A stretch of DNA of 50,059 nucleotides, from positions 1 through 50,059 of the forward strand of contig JAUWYG010000001.1 of the NCBI GenBank assembly GCA_030615945.1. The letters run 5' to 3'. This stretch comes from Candidatus Bipolaricaulota bacterium. GTDB lineage: Bacteria > Bipolaricaulota > Bipolaricaulia > UBA7950 > UBA9294. A model generated the notes under the pieces. That model did no database searches, was not told the origin of the DNA, and worked only from the letters and a program-made list of their open reading frames with translations. The translations under genes were made by a program, and so were the position numbers. Shown piece by piece: positions 7,857 through 17,129 of this stretch. Numbering within the stretch: position 1 is the stretch's first letter; each line of letters opens with the position of its first letter.

Positions 7857-10345
7857 CCAGGTTCAAGGGGTTTGACCTTTCGGAGCGTCCCTATAAGACC
7901 CGCAACTTCACCTGCCGGGGTTGTCCCAACGTGTGCCGGATCACCGAGGTGGGATTCGCCGGGGAGCCGTCATTCTATTACGGCTCCCGCTGCGACCGAT
8001 TCGACGAGCGAGCGAAGGAGGAAAGGGACCTTCCGGACCTCTTCTGTAGGCGAAACGAGATCATCTTCGACTGCGACGGCAAAAACACTTCAACGGAGGG
8101 GACCCTTCGGTTTGCGCCGCATGGGGCGCCCCGGGGCCGGATCGGTATCCCCAGGGCCCTGCTCATGTGGGAACTGTTTCCCTTCTTCTGTGAGTTCTTC
8201 CGCTCCTTGAGGTATGAGGTCGTTCTCTCCCTGAAAACGAACCAGGAGCTTGTCCGCACCTCCCTTGCCGGGGCCCCACCGACAGCATGTCTTCCGGTCA
8301 AGGTGGTCCACGGCCACGTGGAGGCGCTGCTTGGCGAGGGGATCGACATCCTTTTCATCCCCGCTCTGATCGATGCCGCCCACCCCAACACCCGCACCAA
8401 GACCAACTACAACTGCCCCCTGGTCCAAGCCCAGCCCTACATCCTCGCCTCCGGGTTCGATTTTCCTTCCCTCAGGGTGGAGGCGATCACCACCCCACTC
8501 CACTTCTACCAGGAGGGGCGGATAAGAGAGGAACTCCTCTCCCTCGCTCGCCGCCTTGGGGGGAGTCGAAGGCAAGCGGAGAGGGCGCTCGCGGCTGCCT
8601 GGGAGGCGGAGAGGACCACAAAGGAAAGGCTCCTGGCTCTGGGAAAGGAGGCCCTGGAGCTTGTGGCGACCGGGGCAACCGGCCTGGTGATCCTCTCCCG
8701 GCCTTACAACGGCTGCGACCGAGGGCTGAACCTGAGGGTTCCGGAGAAGCTCCGGGCGCTCGGGGCCCTGCCCATCCCGATCGACTGCCTCCCCTGGGAG
8801 GAGGTGGCAGTTGATCCCCTCTACCCCTTTATGCAATGGCACGCGGGCAAGAGGATCCTCGCCGCGGCGGAGATCGTGCGCAAGACCGATGGCCTTTGGA
8901 CCGTGTACCTCTCTCACTTCAGCTGCGGCCCCGACTCCTTCATCACCCACTACGTGCGGGAGGCCCTGCGGGGAAAACCGTTCCTCACGGTCGAGCTCGA
9001 CGAGCATTCGGCCGACGCCGGGGTAATTACCAGGCTTGAGGCGTACCTAGACTCGATCGCCTCGCTTAAGCGACGGCCCCGGCCCCTGGAGCCGCGCCCC
9101 ATACCCCGCCCCCGGGAGGCCTTCGACCGTAAGAAAACCATCTACCTCCCCTATATGGTGGACCACAATTACGCCATGGTGGGGGCGCTCGCGCACTTCG
9201 GGTACCAAGCGGAGACCCTGCCCCCGCCGGACGAGGAGAGCCTGGCCTTGGGGCGCAAGCACGCCACCGGCGGGGAGTGCCTCCCGTTCATCCTTACCAC
9301 CGGGGACTTCCTGAAGCTCGTGCGCCGGGAGGGCTTCGACCCGGCCCGATCGTGCCTGTTCATGGCCACGAGCACCGGGCCGTGTCGCTTCTGCCACTAC
9401 TTCGCTGCCCAGAAGATGATCCTTAAGCGGCTCGGGTACGATGTAGATTTCATCGCCCTCGAGGCCTACGATGCTTACACCATAAAGGACCTGGGGACCG
9501 CGTTCCGCCGCACGACCTGGTACAGCATCGCCGCCGTGGACCTCCTCCAGAAGCTACTCTGGCAAACTCGACCGTACGAAGTTCACCCTGGGGAGACGGA
9601 GACGATCTACCGGGAGGCACTAAAGAGAATCGAGGCGGCCCTGGCCGAGGGCGGGATAAACGGGCTCCTCAGGGTTCTCCCGGGGATCGTCGAGCACTTC
9701 CTGAAGGTGGAGCGCCAAGAGGGAGAACGCTCCCTGATAGGGATTGTGGGGGAGATCTATGTACGGGCTAATCCGTTCAGCAACGCCGATCTTGTACGGC
9801 TGATCGAGGAGCTCGGAGGGGAGGTCCGCATCTCCCCGGTCGGGGAGTGGCTCTCGTACACCTTCTACAAAAAGCTCGGGGATACCCGTCTGCGGGGCGA
9901 GTGGTTCGCGCACATAAAGACACGCTTGGAGAGGCTTGTGCTGCGACAAGATGAACACCGGCTCGCGCGGGTCTTCACCGCGGCCCTTCCTGCCTGGGAG
10001 CTCGAGGAGCCCCCGATCGAGGTGGTCACCCGCCACTCGGAGCCCTACATCTCGGAGGCGTACCGGGGGGAACCGGTGCTCACGGTGGGAAAGGCAGTGG
10101 ACTACGCGCTCAAGGACTTTGACGGGATCATAAACGTGATGCCCTTCAGCTGCATGCCCGGGACGATGGTTGCCGCGGTCTCCGCACGGACGAAACGCGA
10201 TCACCAGATCCCCTGGATCAACCTCACCTTCGACGGCCAGGAGCAAACTCATTTGCGCACACGGCTCGAGGCCTTCCTCCATCAGACGGAGCTCCACCGC
10301 CGCGCCAGCACAGGTCTCAGTCCGCGGGCCAGCCCACAGGCATGA
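7853..10345 (+). CDS. DUF2229 / 2-hydroxyacyl-CoA dehydratase D-component-like protein (activase-related partner)
   Basis: N-terminal Cys cluster CRGCPNVCRITEV...GSRCDRF. GIPRALLMWELFPFFCEFFRSLRYEVVLS...CLPVKVVHGHVEAL matches the pattern seen in the C-terminal halves of large fused CoA-enzyme activase proteins. Translationally coupled to 6141..7856. Confidence 0.75.
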   Translation: MTRFKGFDLSERPYKTRNFTCRGCPNVCRITEVGFAGEPSFYYGSRCDRFDERAKEERDLPDLFCRRNEIIFDCDGKNTSTEGTLRFAPHGAPRGRIGIPRALLMWELFPFFCEFFRSLRYEVVLSLKTNQELVRTSLAGAPPTACLPVKVVHGHVEALLGEGIDILFIPALIDAAHPNTRTKTNYNCPLVQAQPYILASGFDFPSLRVEAITTPLHFYQEGRIREELLSLARRLGGSRRQAERALAAAWEAERTTKERLLALGKEALELVATGATGLVILSRPYNGCDRGLNLRVPEKLRALGALPIPIDCLPWEEVAVDPLYPFMQWHAGKRILAAAEIVRKTDGLWTVYLSHFSCGPDSFITHYVREALRGKPFLTVELDEHSADAGVITRLEAYLDSIASLKRRPRPLEPRPIPRPREAFDRKKTIYLPYMVDHNYAMVGALAHFGYQAETLPPPDEESLALGRKHATGGECLPFILTTGDFLKLVRREGFDPARSCLFMATSTGPCRFCHYFAAQKMILKRLGYDVDFIALEAYDAYTIKDLGTAFRRTTWYSIAAVDLLQKLLWQTRPYEVHPGETETIYREALKRIEAALAEGGINGLLRVLPGIVEHFLKVERQEGERSLIGIVGEIYVRANPFSNADLVRLIEELGGEVRISPVGEWLSYTFYKKLGDTRLRGEWFAHIKTRLERLVLRQDEHRLARVFTAALPAWELEEPPIEVVTRHSEPYISEAYRGEPVLTVGKAVDYALKDFDGIINVMPFSCMPGTMVAAVSARTKRDHQIPWINLTFDGQEQTHLRTRLEAFLHQTELHRRASTGLSPRASPQA

Positions 10346-11012
10346 TCGCCAAGGGCTCCTCTTCGATCCCCAAGAGCGTCTTCACGTCCTGATCGTCGAA
10401 CGCTCCCACCATCACCGTCCCCAGACCCAGAGCCTGGGCCTGCAGGTACACGTTCTGGCCCACGTGGCCGACTTCTATGTGTACGTAGCGCACTCCCCGC
10501 TCACCATACCGTCCGGTGGTCCGCTCGTAGCGAGCGACGATCACTAGGCTGACCGGTGCCTCACGTACCCACCCCTGCCCTAGGGCCGCCGAGGCGAGCT
10601 CTGCCCGCAGGTCCCCGGCCTTTTGGCGCACCAGATGGTGGCCGGCGGGGCGGTAAACGTACAACCCTGCTTCCAGCCCCGTAACCTCTCCCACCACAAC
10701 GTACACCTGCAAGGGATAGGTTGCCCCGGCCGAGGGGGCGGTCCGGGCCCCCCAATCTGCAGTGATCCCCTGCGCCGCCCACAGGAGCTGAGCCAGCTCC
10801 GCCAGGGTAAGCGGCTCTTCCCGGTACGCCCGCACCGAGCGCCTTAAGGCCAGGGCCTCCTCCACACTGAGATCCCCCACGAGCCGGGCCGCGGGAAGCT
10901 TCACCTCGACCGGTTCCTCCTCTATGGACCCCAGCTCGCCCCCACAACCCAGGACCAAGATCCCCAGGATTAACGCCATTCCACCGATTCCCTTGCGCGG
11001 GAGTCTCCTCAT
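10317..11012 (-). CDS. nitroreductase / SagB-type dehydrogenase family protein with lipoprotein-like signal peptide
   Basis: RRSVRAYREEPLTLAELAQLLWAAQG...GATYPLQVYVVV...HVGQNVYLQAQALGLGTVMVGAFDD is typical of the family. I place the start at ATG 11012 (AAGGAGGTGAGGATC directly upstream), giving MRRLPRKGIGGMALILGILVLGCGG with Cys in a lipobox-like context. The track's start at 11180 looks like an over-extension. Confidence 0.75.
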   Translation of the reverse strand: MRRLPRKGIGGMALILGILVLGCGGELGSIEEEPVEVKLPAARLVGDLSVEEALALRRSVRAYREEPLTLAELAQLLWAAQGITADWGARTAPSAGATYPLQVYVVVGEVTGLEAGLYVYRPAGHHLVRQKAGDLRAELASAALGQGWVREAPVSLVIVARYERTTGRYGERGVRYVHIEVGHVGQNVYLQAQALGLGTVMVGAFDDQDVKTLLGIEEEPLAIMPVGWPAD

Positions 11013-11339
11013 GATCCTCACCTCCTTCGCGATTATATCGGACCGACATGTCCCCAGGGGTGGAGGCGGAGGGTGTCCGAGGTGAAGCTCGCCGTTGTCT
11101 TTACTGGTTACCGAGGTGATACTCATCCAGACGGGGCGGAAGGAAAGGCAGTTCCACGCCTTCCACGTGAGGCTGGCCACGTCAAGAAATTGGGGATCAG
11201 GGTCGAAAACGCGCCCGAGACATTGCTGAGTAGCAATTCTTCAACAACGAAACATCCATGCCTAGCCATTGTTTAGATGGTGAGGCAATGTGTCCGATTG
11301 ATCGAGCGTGATCCTCCACCTATAATCACGCCGGAAAGG

Positions 11340-11413
11340 CGGGGAGTGGCGCAGCCTGGTAGCGCGCCTGCTTTGGGAGCAGGAAGTCGCTGGTTCAAAT
11401 CCAGTCTCCCCGA
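11340..11413 (+). tRNA. tRNA-Pro (anticodon UGG)
   Basis: Cloverleaf folded by hand. Acceptor CGGGGAG/CTCCCCG, D arm GCGC-AGCCTGGTA-GCGC, anticodon arm CCTGC-TTTGGGA-GCAGG, T arm with TTCAAAT loop. 74 nt, no encoded CCA. Confidence 0.9.
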
Positions 11414-11430
11414 AAAGAAATGGTGATCTT

Positions 11431-13038
11431 GTGGTGAGCGATACGTCAGCATATATCTCCCTTTACCGGCGCTTCAGGCCGCAACGTTTCTCTGAGGTGG
11501 TTGGCCAGGAGGAGATCGTCCGCACGTTGCAAAATGCGGTGATTGCGAATGAGGTAGCGCACGCGTATCTCTTCGCCGGTGAACGTGGGATCGGCAAGAC
11601 CTCAATCGCCCGCATCCTCGCGCGCGCGGCCAACTGCCTTAACCCGCAAGGGGGAGAGCCATGCAATAACTGTACCAACTGCAAGACGATCCTTGCCTCT
11701 CGCTCCTTGGATATCTTAGAGATCGACGGTGCCTCCAACCGGGGAATCGACCACATCCGCCGCCTACGCGAGGAGGTGAACTTCGCTCCCACCGACCTTA
11801 AGACAAAGGTCTACATCATCGACGAGGTCCATATGCTGACCAACGAGGCGTTCAATGCTCTTCTAAAGACCCTGGAGGAGCCACCACCGCACGTCGTGTT
11901 CATCTTCGCCACCACGCAGCCGCATAAGGTCCCGCGGACGATCGTCTCCCGCTGCCAGGCGTTTGACTTCCGCAAAATTCCATCAGAGAAGATCGCCGCC
12001 CGCCTCGCTGAGATCGCCCTAGGCGAGGAAATTACGATCTCCAAGGACGCACTTCACCTCCTCGCCCGCAAGGCCAATGGAGGGATGCGTGATGCGATCG
12101 TAATGCTTGAACAGGCAGTGAGCTTTAAGAGCGGGGAGATCACTACAGAGGCGCTTTTGGAGATGCTTGGTCTTGTTGGCCACGAGGTGCACGCACTCAC
12201 TTTAAAGGCCATCGAAACAGGGGACCGCAAGACCGTCCTTGAGACGATCGACTCGCTCGTCGAGCGGGGGAAGGATCTAGAGGTCTTCCTCGACGATCTG
12301 GTTGGGAACCTGCGCGATCGGCTTATCCACGGCGGTGATACCGAGAGGCGTGATATAAAGCTTTGCCGCGGTCTGCTCGACATTAAGCAGCAGTTGTACC
12401 GCTCGCTCGATCGGCGGATCCTCCTTGAAATCGGCCTTCTCACCCTGATGGACGAGCTTGGATCGCACCCACAGCCTCCCCTCCTAGAGAAAGCGCCGGT
12501 GTCTACCGGCAAGAAATCAGACCAGAAAGCAAGTACCCCGCTCCTTGAAGGAAAAAGTGTGGGGCAAGCCGCGCCTGAAGCGGTGTCCCATCCAAAGGAA
12601 CCGACTGCACCCAACGCGGGGGCCAAAGCAACTTCCCCCATAGGAGAATCGCACTCAGAGACACCTGCAACACCTGAACCGGTCATCGCTACTGAGGCGG
12701 ACAACTTCACCGGTCGCTGGAAGAGGATGATCGAGGAGATCGAGCGCGAGCGGATCGCCATCGCTGCCTTCCTCCTTGGGGGAACTGCGCGCCTTTCTGG
12801 GAACAAGGTGACAATCGCCTTTCACCCTGAACACACCTTCCACAAGGAGAGCCTGGAGAAGTCTGAAAACCTGCAGTACCTGGCGGGGATGGTCCATCGC
12901 CATCTGGGAGATCAATTTTACGTGGATATTGAGTTCAATGACGGGGTAGTACGCAAGCCTTCTCCACGGAAAAAGCTGCTGGAAAAGGCACAACTCGTTT
13001 GTCAAACATTTAACGGAAAGATTGTCAAGGAGGGATGA
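11431..13038 (+). CDS. dnaX: DNA polymerase III subunit gamma/tau
   Basis: YRRFRPQRFSEVVGQE, Walker A GERGIGKTS, Cys cluster CNNCTNC, DEVHML, SRCQ sensor. Sits in the conserved dnaX-ybaB-recR order. Confidence 0.92.
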   Translation: MVSDTSAYISLYRRFRPQRFSEVVGQEEIVRTLQNAVIANEVAHAYLFAGERGIGKTSIARILARAANCLNPQGGEPCNNCTNCKTILASRSLDILEIDGASNRGIDHIRRLREEVNFAPTDLKTKVYIIDEVHMLTNEAFNALLKTLEEPPPHVVFIFATTQPHKVPRTIVSRCQAFDFRKIPSEKIAARLAEIALGEEITISKDALHLLARKANGGMRDAIVMLEQAVSFKSGEITTEALLEMLGLVGHEVHALTLKAIETGDRKTVLETIDSLVERGKDLEVFLDDLVGNLRDRLIHGGDTERRDIKLCRGLLDIKQQLYRSLDRRILLEIGLLTLMDELGSHPQPPLLEKAPVSTGKKSDQKASTPLLEGKSVGQAAPEAVSHPKEPTAPNAGAKATSPIGESHSETPATPEPVIATEADNFTGRWKRMIEEIERERIAIAAFLLGGTARLSGNKVTIAFHPEHTFHKESLEKSENLQYLAGMVHRHLGDQFYVDIEFNDGVVRKPSPRKKLLEKAQLVCQTFNGKIVKEG

Positions 13039-13364
13039 TGAAAGGGATGGGGAACCTGGGGAACCTGATGAAGCAGGCGAAGAAACTCCAAGAGGAGCTT
13101 GAGAAGAAGCAGGCAGAGATTGCGGCAATGAAGGTGGAGGCAAGCTCCGGTGGGGGGATGGTGAAAGCAACGGTGAACGGCCGCGGGGAACTGTTAAACC
13201 TGCTGATCGAAAGAGAAGTCGTCGACCCGGACGATGTGGAGATGCTCATCGACCTTTTAATCGCCGCAGTGCAAGAGGCGCAAAAGAATGCGCAGGCCAT
13301 TTCGCAAGAGAAGCTAGGACCACTGACACAGGGGATGAAACTCCCCGGAATGCCCGGCCTATGA
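13035..13364 (+). CDS. ybaB: YbaB/EbfC family nucleoid-associated protein
   Basis: MKQAKKLQEELEKKQAEIAAMKVEASSGGGMVKATVNGRGELLNL is the classic YbaB pattern. ATGA overlap with dnaX. Confidence 0.9.
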   Translation: MMKGMGNLGNLMKQAKKLQEELEKKQAEIAAMKVEASSGGGMVKATVNGRGELLNLLIEREVVDPDDVEMLIDLLIAAVQEAQKNAQAISQEKLGPLTQGMKLPGMPGL

Positions 13365-13951
13365 TCGCGCCGTTGGAAGAACTCATTGAACGACTGAAGT
13401 CCCTTCCCGGGATCGGTCGCAAGAGCGCCGAACGAGTGGCTTTTCACCTGCTAAACGCGCCAGAAGAGGAAGTCACTAGGCTCGCCGAAGCGATCGGTGA
13501 AATTAAGACCACGGTACACCGCTGCCAACGCTGCTACAACTTCGCCACTGGGCAGCTGTGCGAGATCTGCTCCAACCCCAAGCGCGACCAAGAGATGATC
13601 TGCGTAGTTGGGCGGCCTTGGGAGATCCTGAAGCTCGAGCGAACCGGGGAGTTCCACGGGCTCTACCACGTCCTCGGAGGGTTGATCTCGCCGATGGACG
13701 AGGTCAGCGCCGCTGACCTGACTATCGACGCTCTCCTCGAACGAATCAAGGAAGAGGGAATCAAGGAGGTCATCCTTGCCCTGGAACCAAAGCTCGAGGG
13801 TGAACTAACAGGAATGCACATCCTCTCACTCGTCAAACCTCTCGGGGTGCAGATATCGCAGATCGCCCAGGGGATACCGGTCGGTCGCGACCTCGAGTTT
13901 GCCGATGCAATTACCCTTGGCCGCGCCTTACGGGGGAGGACCGAACTGTAG
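13361..13951 (+). CDS. recR: recombination protein RecR
   Basis: LPGIGRKSAERVAFHLL helix-hairpin-helix, C4 zinc finger CQRCYNF...CEIC, Toprim region ICVVG...; ATGA overlap with ybaB. Confidence 0.95.
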   Translation: MIAPLEELIERLKSLPGIGRKSAERVAFHLLNAPEEEVTRLAEAIGEIKTTVHRCQRCYNFATGQLCEICSNPKRDQEMICVVGRPWEILKLERTGEFHGLYHVLGGLISPMDEVSAADLTIDALLERIKEEGIKEVILALEPKLEGELTGMHILSLVKPLGVQISQIAQGIPVGRDLEFADAITLGRALRGRTEL

Positions 13952-14190
13952 CATCACCACGCTTCTATTAATCCCCAAAATTACATCAACGAGGGAACCG
14001 TATGGAACCCTGCTGACCCAAATGCTATGAGGAAGCCAGGAGTCCAGGAAGCAGGCAGACCCGAGCGGCACGATGGGTTTCTCAAGCCCAAAGACTTTCA
14101 AGACCTCCTGGATTCCGGGTTTCCTTTCCTTATGGATTCTAACTTAGTGCCTTTGATGCGCCTTCTTGAAAAGTGCAAAATCTGGGTTTA

Positions 14191-15276
14191 TCACTTGGCT
14201 CCAAACGCGCTCTCTAGTCGCTTGAATGTTCGTAACTCCTGAGTCTTGTTGAGCTTGGCGCGGCGGATCGCTCGGCCGAGGAGTTCGATCGAGCTGTCGT
14301 AGAGATCACGATCAACCGGGTAAGGGGTCCCGTCTTTTCCTCCATGGGCAAAGCTGTAGCGAGCCGGGTCGTCAAAGCTTGGAGGTTTCCCGTAGACAAG
14401 CTCAGAAATCAAGGAGAGAGCACGCAGTGTCTTGGCACCTACTCCTTTAAGGGTGAGAAGCGACTCGAACCCCTGTGGCTGTGCCTGGTAGGTCTTGAGG
14501 AAGATCCGCTCCAACCGCCCTGGGTCGATATCAGCGAGCATTACATCGTGTCGACGTGGTAGGGCGAGAGTCTTCAGGTGATAAAGCTCGGAGACGAGTT
14601 GCTGCGGGCGTTGTCGAGCGATCTCTACGCTTGCACGCCGTGTCCCTTCACTCTCCCGCGCCACAAGGTTAAGGGTTAGCCCACGCCTGTCACAGCAGAT
14701 GGCAGCATGTGGCTCACAGACAAAGTCCTCAACATCTATGGATAGCCAGTGGTAACGGCGGGCCATCCTCGTCCCTATATTCATCCCCTGCTGCACTACC
14801 GCCCAGTTTCCCTGTGCATCAAAGAAAAAGACATGATGGTAGATCTGGTAGCCATCCTGCACTGCGGCGCTGTCCACCTTTGCTGCTGTGCGACTCGAGT
14901 AGACGAGGGATTCAGCGTCGATGCCGGTTCGCTCCCCCCAAGCAACGATCTCCGCGGGGGTCTTGCGTGAGGTTGATCCTTTTCCTCCGGCAACAAACAG
15001 GCCAAGTTCCTCCTCTTGCCCTTTGACCCCCTCCTTGATCGCGCCGCAGGTGGTAGTTGTGAGCCCGCTCGAGTGCCAGTCGAACCCGAGCACACAGCCA
15101 AGGGCCTGAAACCAGAACGGATCGGAGAGGTGCTTTAAAAGTCCGGCTGGCCCGTATTCGAGGACGATTACCTGCGCGATCTCTCCGGCGAGCTGCTTCA
15201 TCCGTGAAAAGAGCCACCGCGGGGCACTTCCGTAATGTAAAGGGAGATTGGCCGTTCCCGTTTTCATACGATTCAC
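14191..15276 (-). CDS. DUF763 domain-containing protein
   Basis: N-terminus ANLPLHYGSAPRWLFSRMKQLAGEI...LSDPFWFQALGCVLGFDWHSSGLTTT matches my recollection of the DUF763 family. Function unknown. Confidence 0.65.
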   Translation of the reverse strand: MNRMKTGTANLPLHYGSAPRWLFSRMKQLAGEIAQVIVLEYGPAGLLKHLSDPFWFQALGCVLGFDWHSSGLTTTTCGAIKEGVKGQEEELGLFVAGGKGSTSRKTPAEIVAWGERTGIDAESLVYSSRTAAKVDSAAVQDGYQIYHHVFFFDAQGNWAVVQQGMNIGTRMARRYHWLSIDVEDFVCEPHAAICCDRRGLTLNLVARESEGTRRASVEIARQRPQQLVSELYHLKTLALPRRHDVMLADIDPGRLERIFLKTYQAQPQGFESLLTLKGVGAKTLRALSLISELVYGKPPSFDDPARYSFAHGGKDGTPYPVDRDLYDSSIELLGRAIRRAKLNKTQELRTFKRLESAFGAK

Positions 15277-15375
15277 TATACCATACCACCCTCAGACGGT
15301 CGAGGAAACTTGCGCACGGCCAGTTCTATACTTATAGTCGGACAAAGACCAGCTAAGTCGACCGAGGGGGTGAGC

Positions 15376-16077
15376 GTGAGCGAAGAGATCACGTTGCTGC
15401 TCACAGTGCAGGAGAAGGACCAACAGGGTGTAGATCTGTCCTCCCAAGTTGAGCGTTTGGAGGAGCAGAAGATACAAGTGCAGCGCAGGCTGGATGAGGA
15501 ACGAGCAGCGGTCGACCGGGTCCGACAACAATTACAACACTTGGAGCACAATAGCCGCCTGAAGAACCTTGAGGTCGACGACCTTGATATGCAAATTCGT
15601 GAGTACCAGAAGCGCCTGAATCAGGGGATCATCAGTTTCAAGGAGATGGAGGCACTAGGGACGAAGATCTTAAACCAGCGGGAGCGGATAAGCGAGATGG
15701 AGGACGAAGCCCTCGCCCTTATGGACGAAATAGAAGTCACAAAAACGAGGCTAGCAGAGGAGGAGAAGGCACTCGGGGAACGTGAGAAGGAATTCACCGC
15801 CCGCAGCCAAGAGATCGCCTCCCGTATCGCGCAGCTGAAAAAGGAAATCGCCTCCTGTATGGAGAAGCGGGCCGAAGTCGCTGCGAGGATCCCCGCTCAT
15901 CTTCTCACCCGCTACGAGAATCTGCACACCAAGTTCAACGATCCAGTGGTAACAATCGTAGGTGGAACCTGCTCAGGATGCAAGCTCAAGGCAAGTGGCA
16001 ATGCGATCGAACGAGCTCGAAATGGCGCGGAAATCGTCACCTGCGAGAATTGCTCGCGCATTCTCTACATCCACTGA
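15376..16077 (+). CDS. coiled-coil protein with C-terminal C4 zinc ribbon (COG1579-like)
   Basis: Long heptad-rich region ending GGTCSGCKLK...IVTCENCSRILY. The track ORF starts at 15310; I favour GTG 15376 (GAGGGGG 5 nt upstream). The start is uncertain. Confidence 0.6.
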   Translation: MSEEITLLLTVQEKDQQGVDLSSQVERLEEQKIQVQRRLDEERAAVDRVRQQLQHLEHNSRLKNLEVDDLDMQIREYQKRLNQGIISFKEMEALGTKILNQRERISEMEDEALALMDEIEVTKTRLAEEEKALGEREKEFTARSQEIASRIAQLKKEIASCMEKRAEVAARIPAHLLTRYENLHTKFNDPVVTIVGGTCSGCKLKASGNAIERARNGAEIVTCENCSRILYIH

Positions 16078-16085
16078 TCCGCCCG

Positions 16086-16775
16086 ATGAGGGTCACGATC
16101 CTCCTTGCTATATTCATCGGGATTGCGGTGGAAACACATTCCCTTCCCCTTCCCATCGGTTGGCTATCGGATTATGCGAACGTTCTCGATCGTCACGGCC
16201 GTGAGCGAATATCCGCTTTAATCGAAGGGGTTAAAAATCAGTTTGAGATTGAGATCTACATCCTCGCTAGCTGGGAGGCCCCTTACGCGGAGATCGATCG
16301 CTACGCCTACGCTCTGCTCGACTCCTGGAACCTCGCCCACGGGAAGACCGTGCTCGTCGTTTTTCTCAAGACGGGTACAGACTGGGAAGTGAAGGTCCTC
16401 GCTGGCGAGAAAACCGTCGCTACCCATCCTCAGCTTGCTCGTAATGTGGAAGAAGGGATCACGGACCTTGTTGACTACCACCGTATCGAGGAGGCGATGG
16501 TTGATCTGTTCGCGGTCCTCGAACGCCAGCTGTCGCCAATAGCTCCTTCTCCCCAGCCCGCGGTGAAGAAACAAGGAAGTCGGGTTCTCCCGGTTCTACT
16601 TCTGATTCTCTCCCTTGGCCTTCTCGCATTCTTCATCCATCGGCGGATCTGCCCGCGATGCGGACGAATTCTGTGGGTTCACAAGAGTAAAGCATTCGGC
16701 CCACACGGGGGAGACAATGTGGTATACTATTGCCGAAGGTGCGGTTACTCTCGCACCAAAAGGGGAGAGGGCTAG
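16086..16775 (+). CDS. TPM domain-containing protein with C-terminal TM helix and zinc ribbon
   Basis: From ATG 16086: signal MRVTILLAIFIGIAV, then WLSDYANVLDRHGRERISALIEGVKNQFEIEIYIL...KTVLVVFLKTGTDWEV (TPM/YgcG-like). TM helix VLPVLLLILSLGLLAFFI, then CPRCG...CRRCG. Confidence 0.65.
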   Translation: MRVTILLAIFIGIAVETHSLPLPIGWLSDYANVLDRHGRERISALIEGVKNQFEIEIYILASWEAPYAEIDRYAYALLDSWNLAHGKTVLVVFLKTGTDWEVKVLAGEKTVATHPQLARNVEEGITDLVDYHRIEEAMVDLFAVLERQLSPIAPSPQPAVKKQGSRVLPVLLLILSLGLLAFFIHRRICPRCGRILWVHKSKAFGPHGGDNVVYYCRRCGYSRTKRGEG

Positions 16776-17111
16776 GTGGTCGCGGAGGGAGACCCTTTCG
16801 AGGGTTCCTCTGAGGAAAGTCCGGACTCCACAGGGCAGGCCACTGGGGAAATCCCAGCGGGGGTGACCTCGGGAAAGTGCCACAGAGAACAGACCGCCGA
16901 TGGCCAGTGGGTATTTTCCGCGGGCACAGGTGACGGTGAAACGGTGGTGTAAGAGACCACCAGCGGCCTGGGCGACCAGGCCGGCTCGGTAAACCCTGGC
17001 CGGAGCAAGGCCAAGTAGAAAGGCATCTGAGGGCTGCCCGTCCGAGCCTTTGGGTAGGCCGCGCAGATGAATGACCCCCCAGGACAGAATCCGGCTTACA
17101 GGCCCTCTCCC
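16762..17111 (+). ncRNA. rnpB: RNase P RNA, bacterial type A
   Basis: P1 pairing GGGAGAGGGC (16763..16772) with GCCCTCTCCC (17102..17111). Universal P4 strands GAGGAAAGTCCGGACTCCACAGGGCA (about 16812) and ACAGAATCCGGCTTACAGG (about 17084). GGTAAACCC element near 16988. Confidence 0.9.
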
Positions 17112-17129
17112 TTAATCATCGGAGAAAAC

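Noticed and set aside
8090-9007. A 305-aa ORF antisense to the DUF2229 gene. Similar long antisense ORFs occur at 9620..10297, 12054..12806, 13025..13447, 19149..19664, 30283..30885, 44092..44892 and 45667..46281.
   Set aside because: They are Gly/Pro/Arg/Ser-rich with no recognisable motifs, and they lie opposite ORFs with clear family signatures. This is the expected shadow-ORF behaviour in GC-rich DNA.
11013-11180. N-terminal over-extensions of track ORFs: nitroreductase to 11180, glyQ to 31981, PorV-like to 45072, rplU to 35883 and phosphohexomutase from 47467.
   Set aside because: In each case an internal start has a good SD and family-typical N-terminus, and the extension overlaps the upstream gene or lacks an SD.
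11431-13038. A programmed -1 frameshift or slippery site in dnaX (gamma/tau).
   Set aside because: No A-AAA-AAG-type heptamer was seen, only short A5 runs (near 12548 and 12968) without a downstream hairpin that I could identify.
14027-14130. A motif reminiscent of SRP RNA domain IV (CCAGGAGTCCAGGAAGCAGGCAGACC), plus a CCAGGAG/CTCCTGG long-range pairing, in the recR-DUF763 gap. ffs often sits next to dnaX/recR in other bacteria.
   Set aside because: The GNRA tetraloop hairpin and the symmetric-loop partner strand of helix 8 cannot be drawn, so the resemblance is limited to AGGAAGCAG. A covariance-model scan would settle it, but I do not call an ncRNA. The 71-aa ORF at 14027..14242 also overlaps the DUF763 3' end and has no recognisable features.
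17067-17129. The N-terminal 21 codons of the VanZ ORF as given in the track.
   Set aside because: They lie inside the conserved 3' part of RNase P RNA. An in-frame GTG with an SD occurs at 17130.
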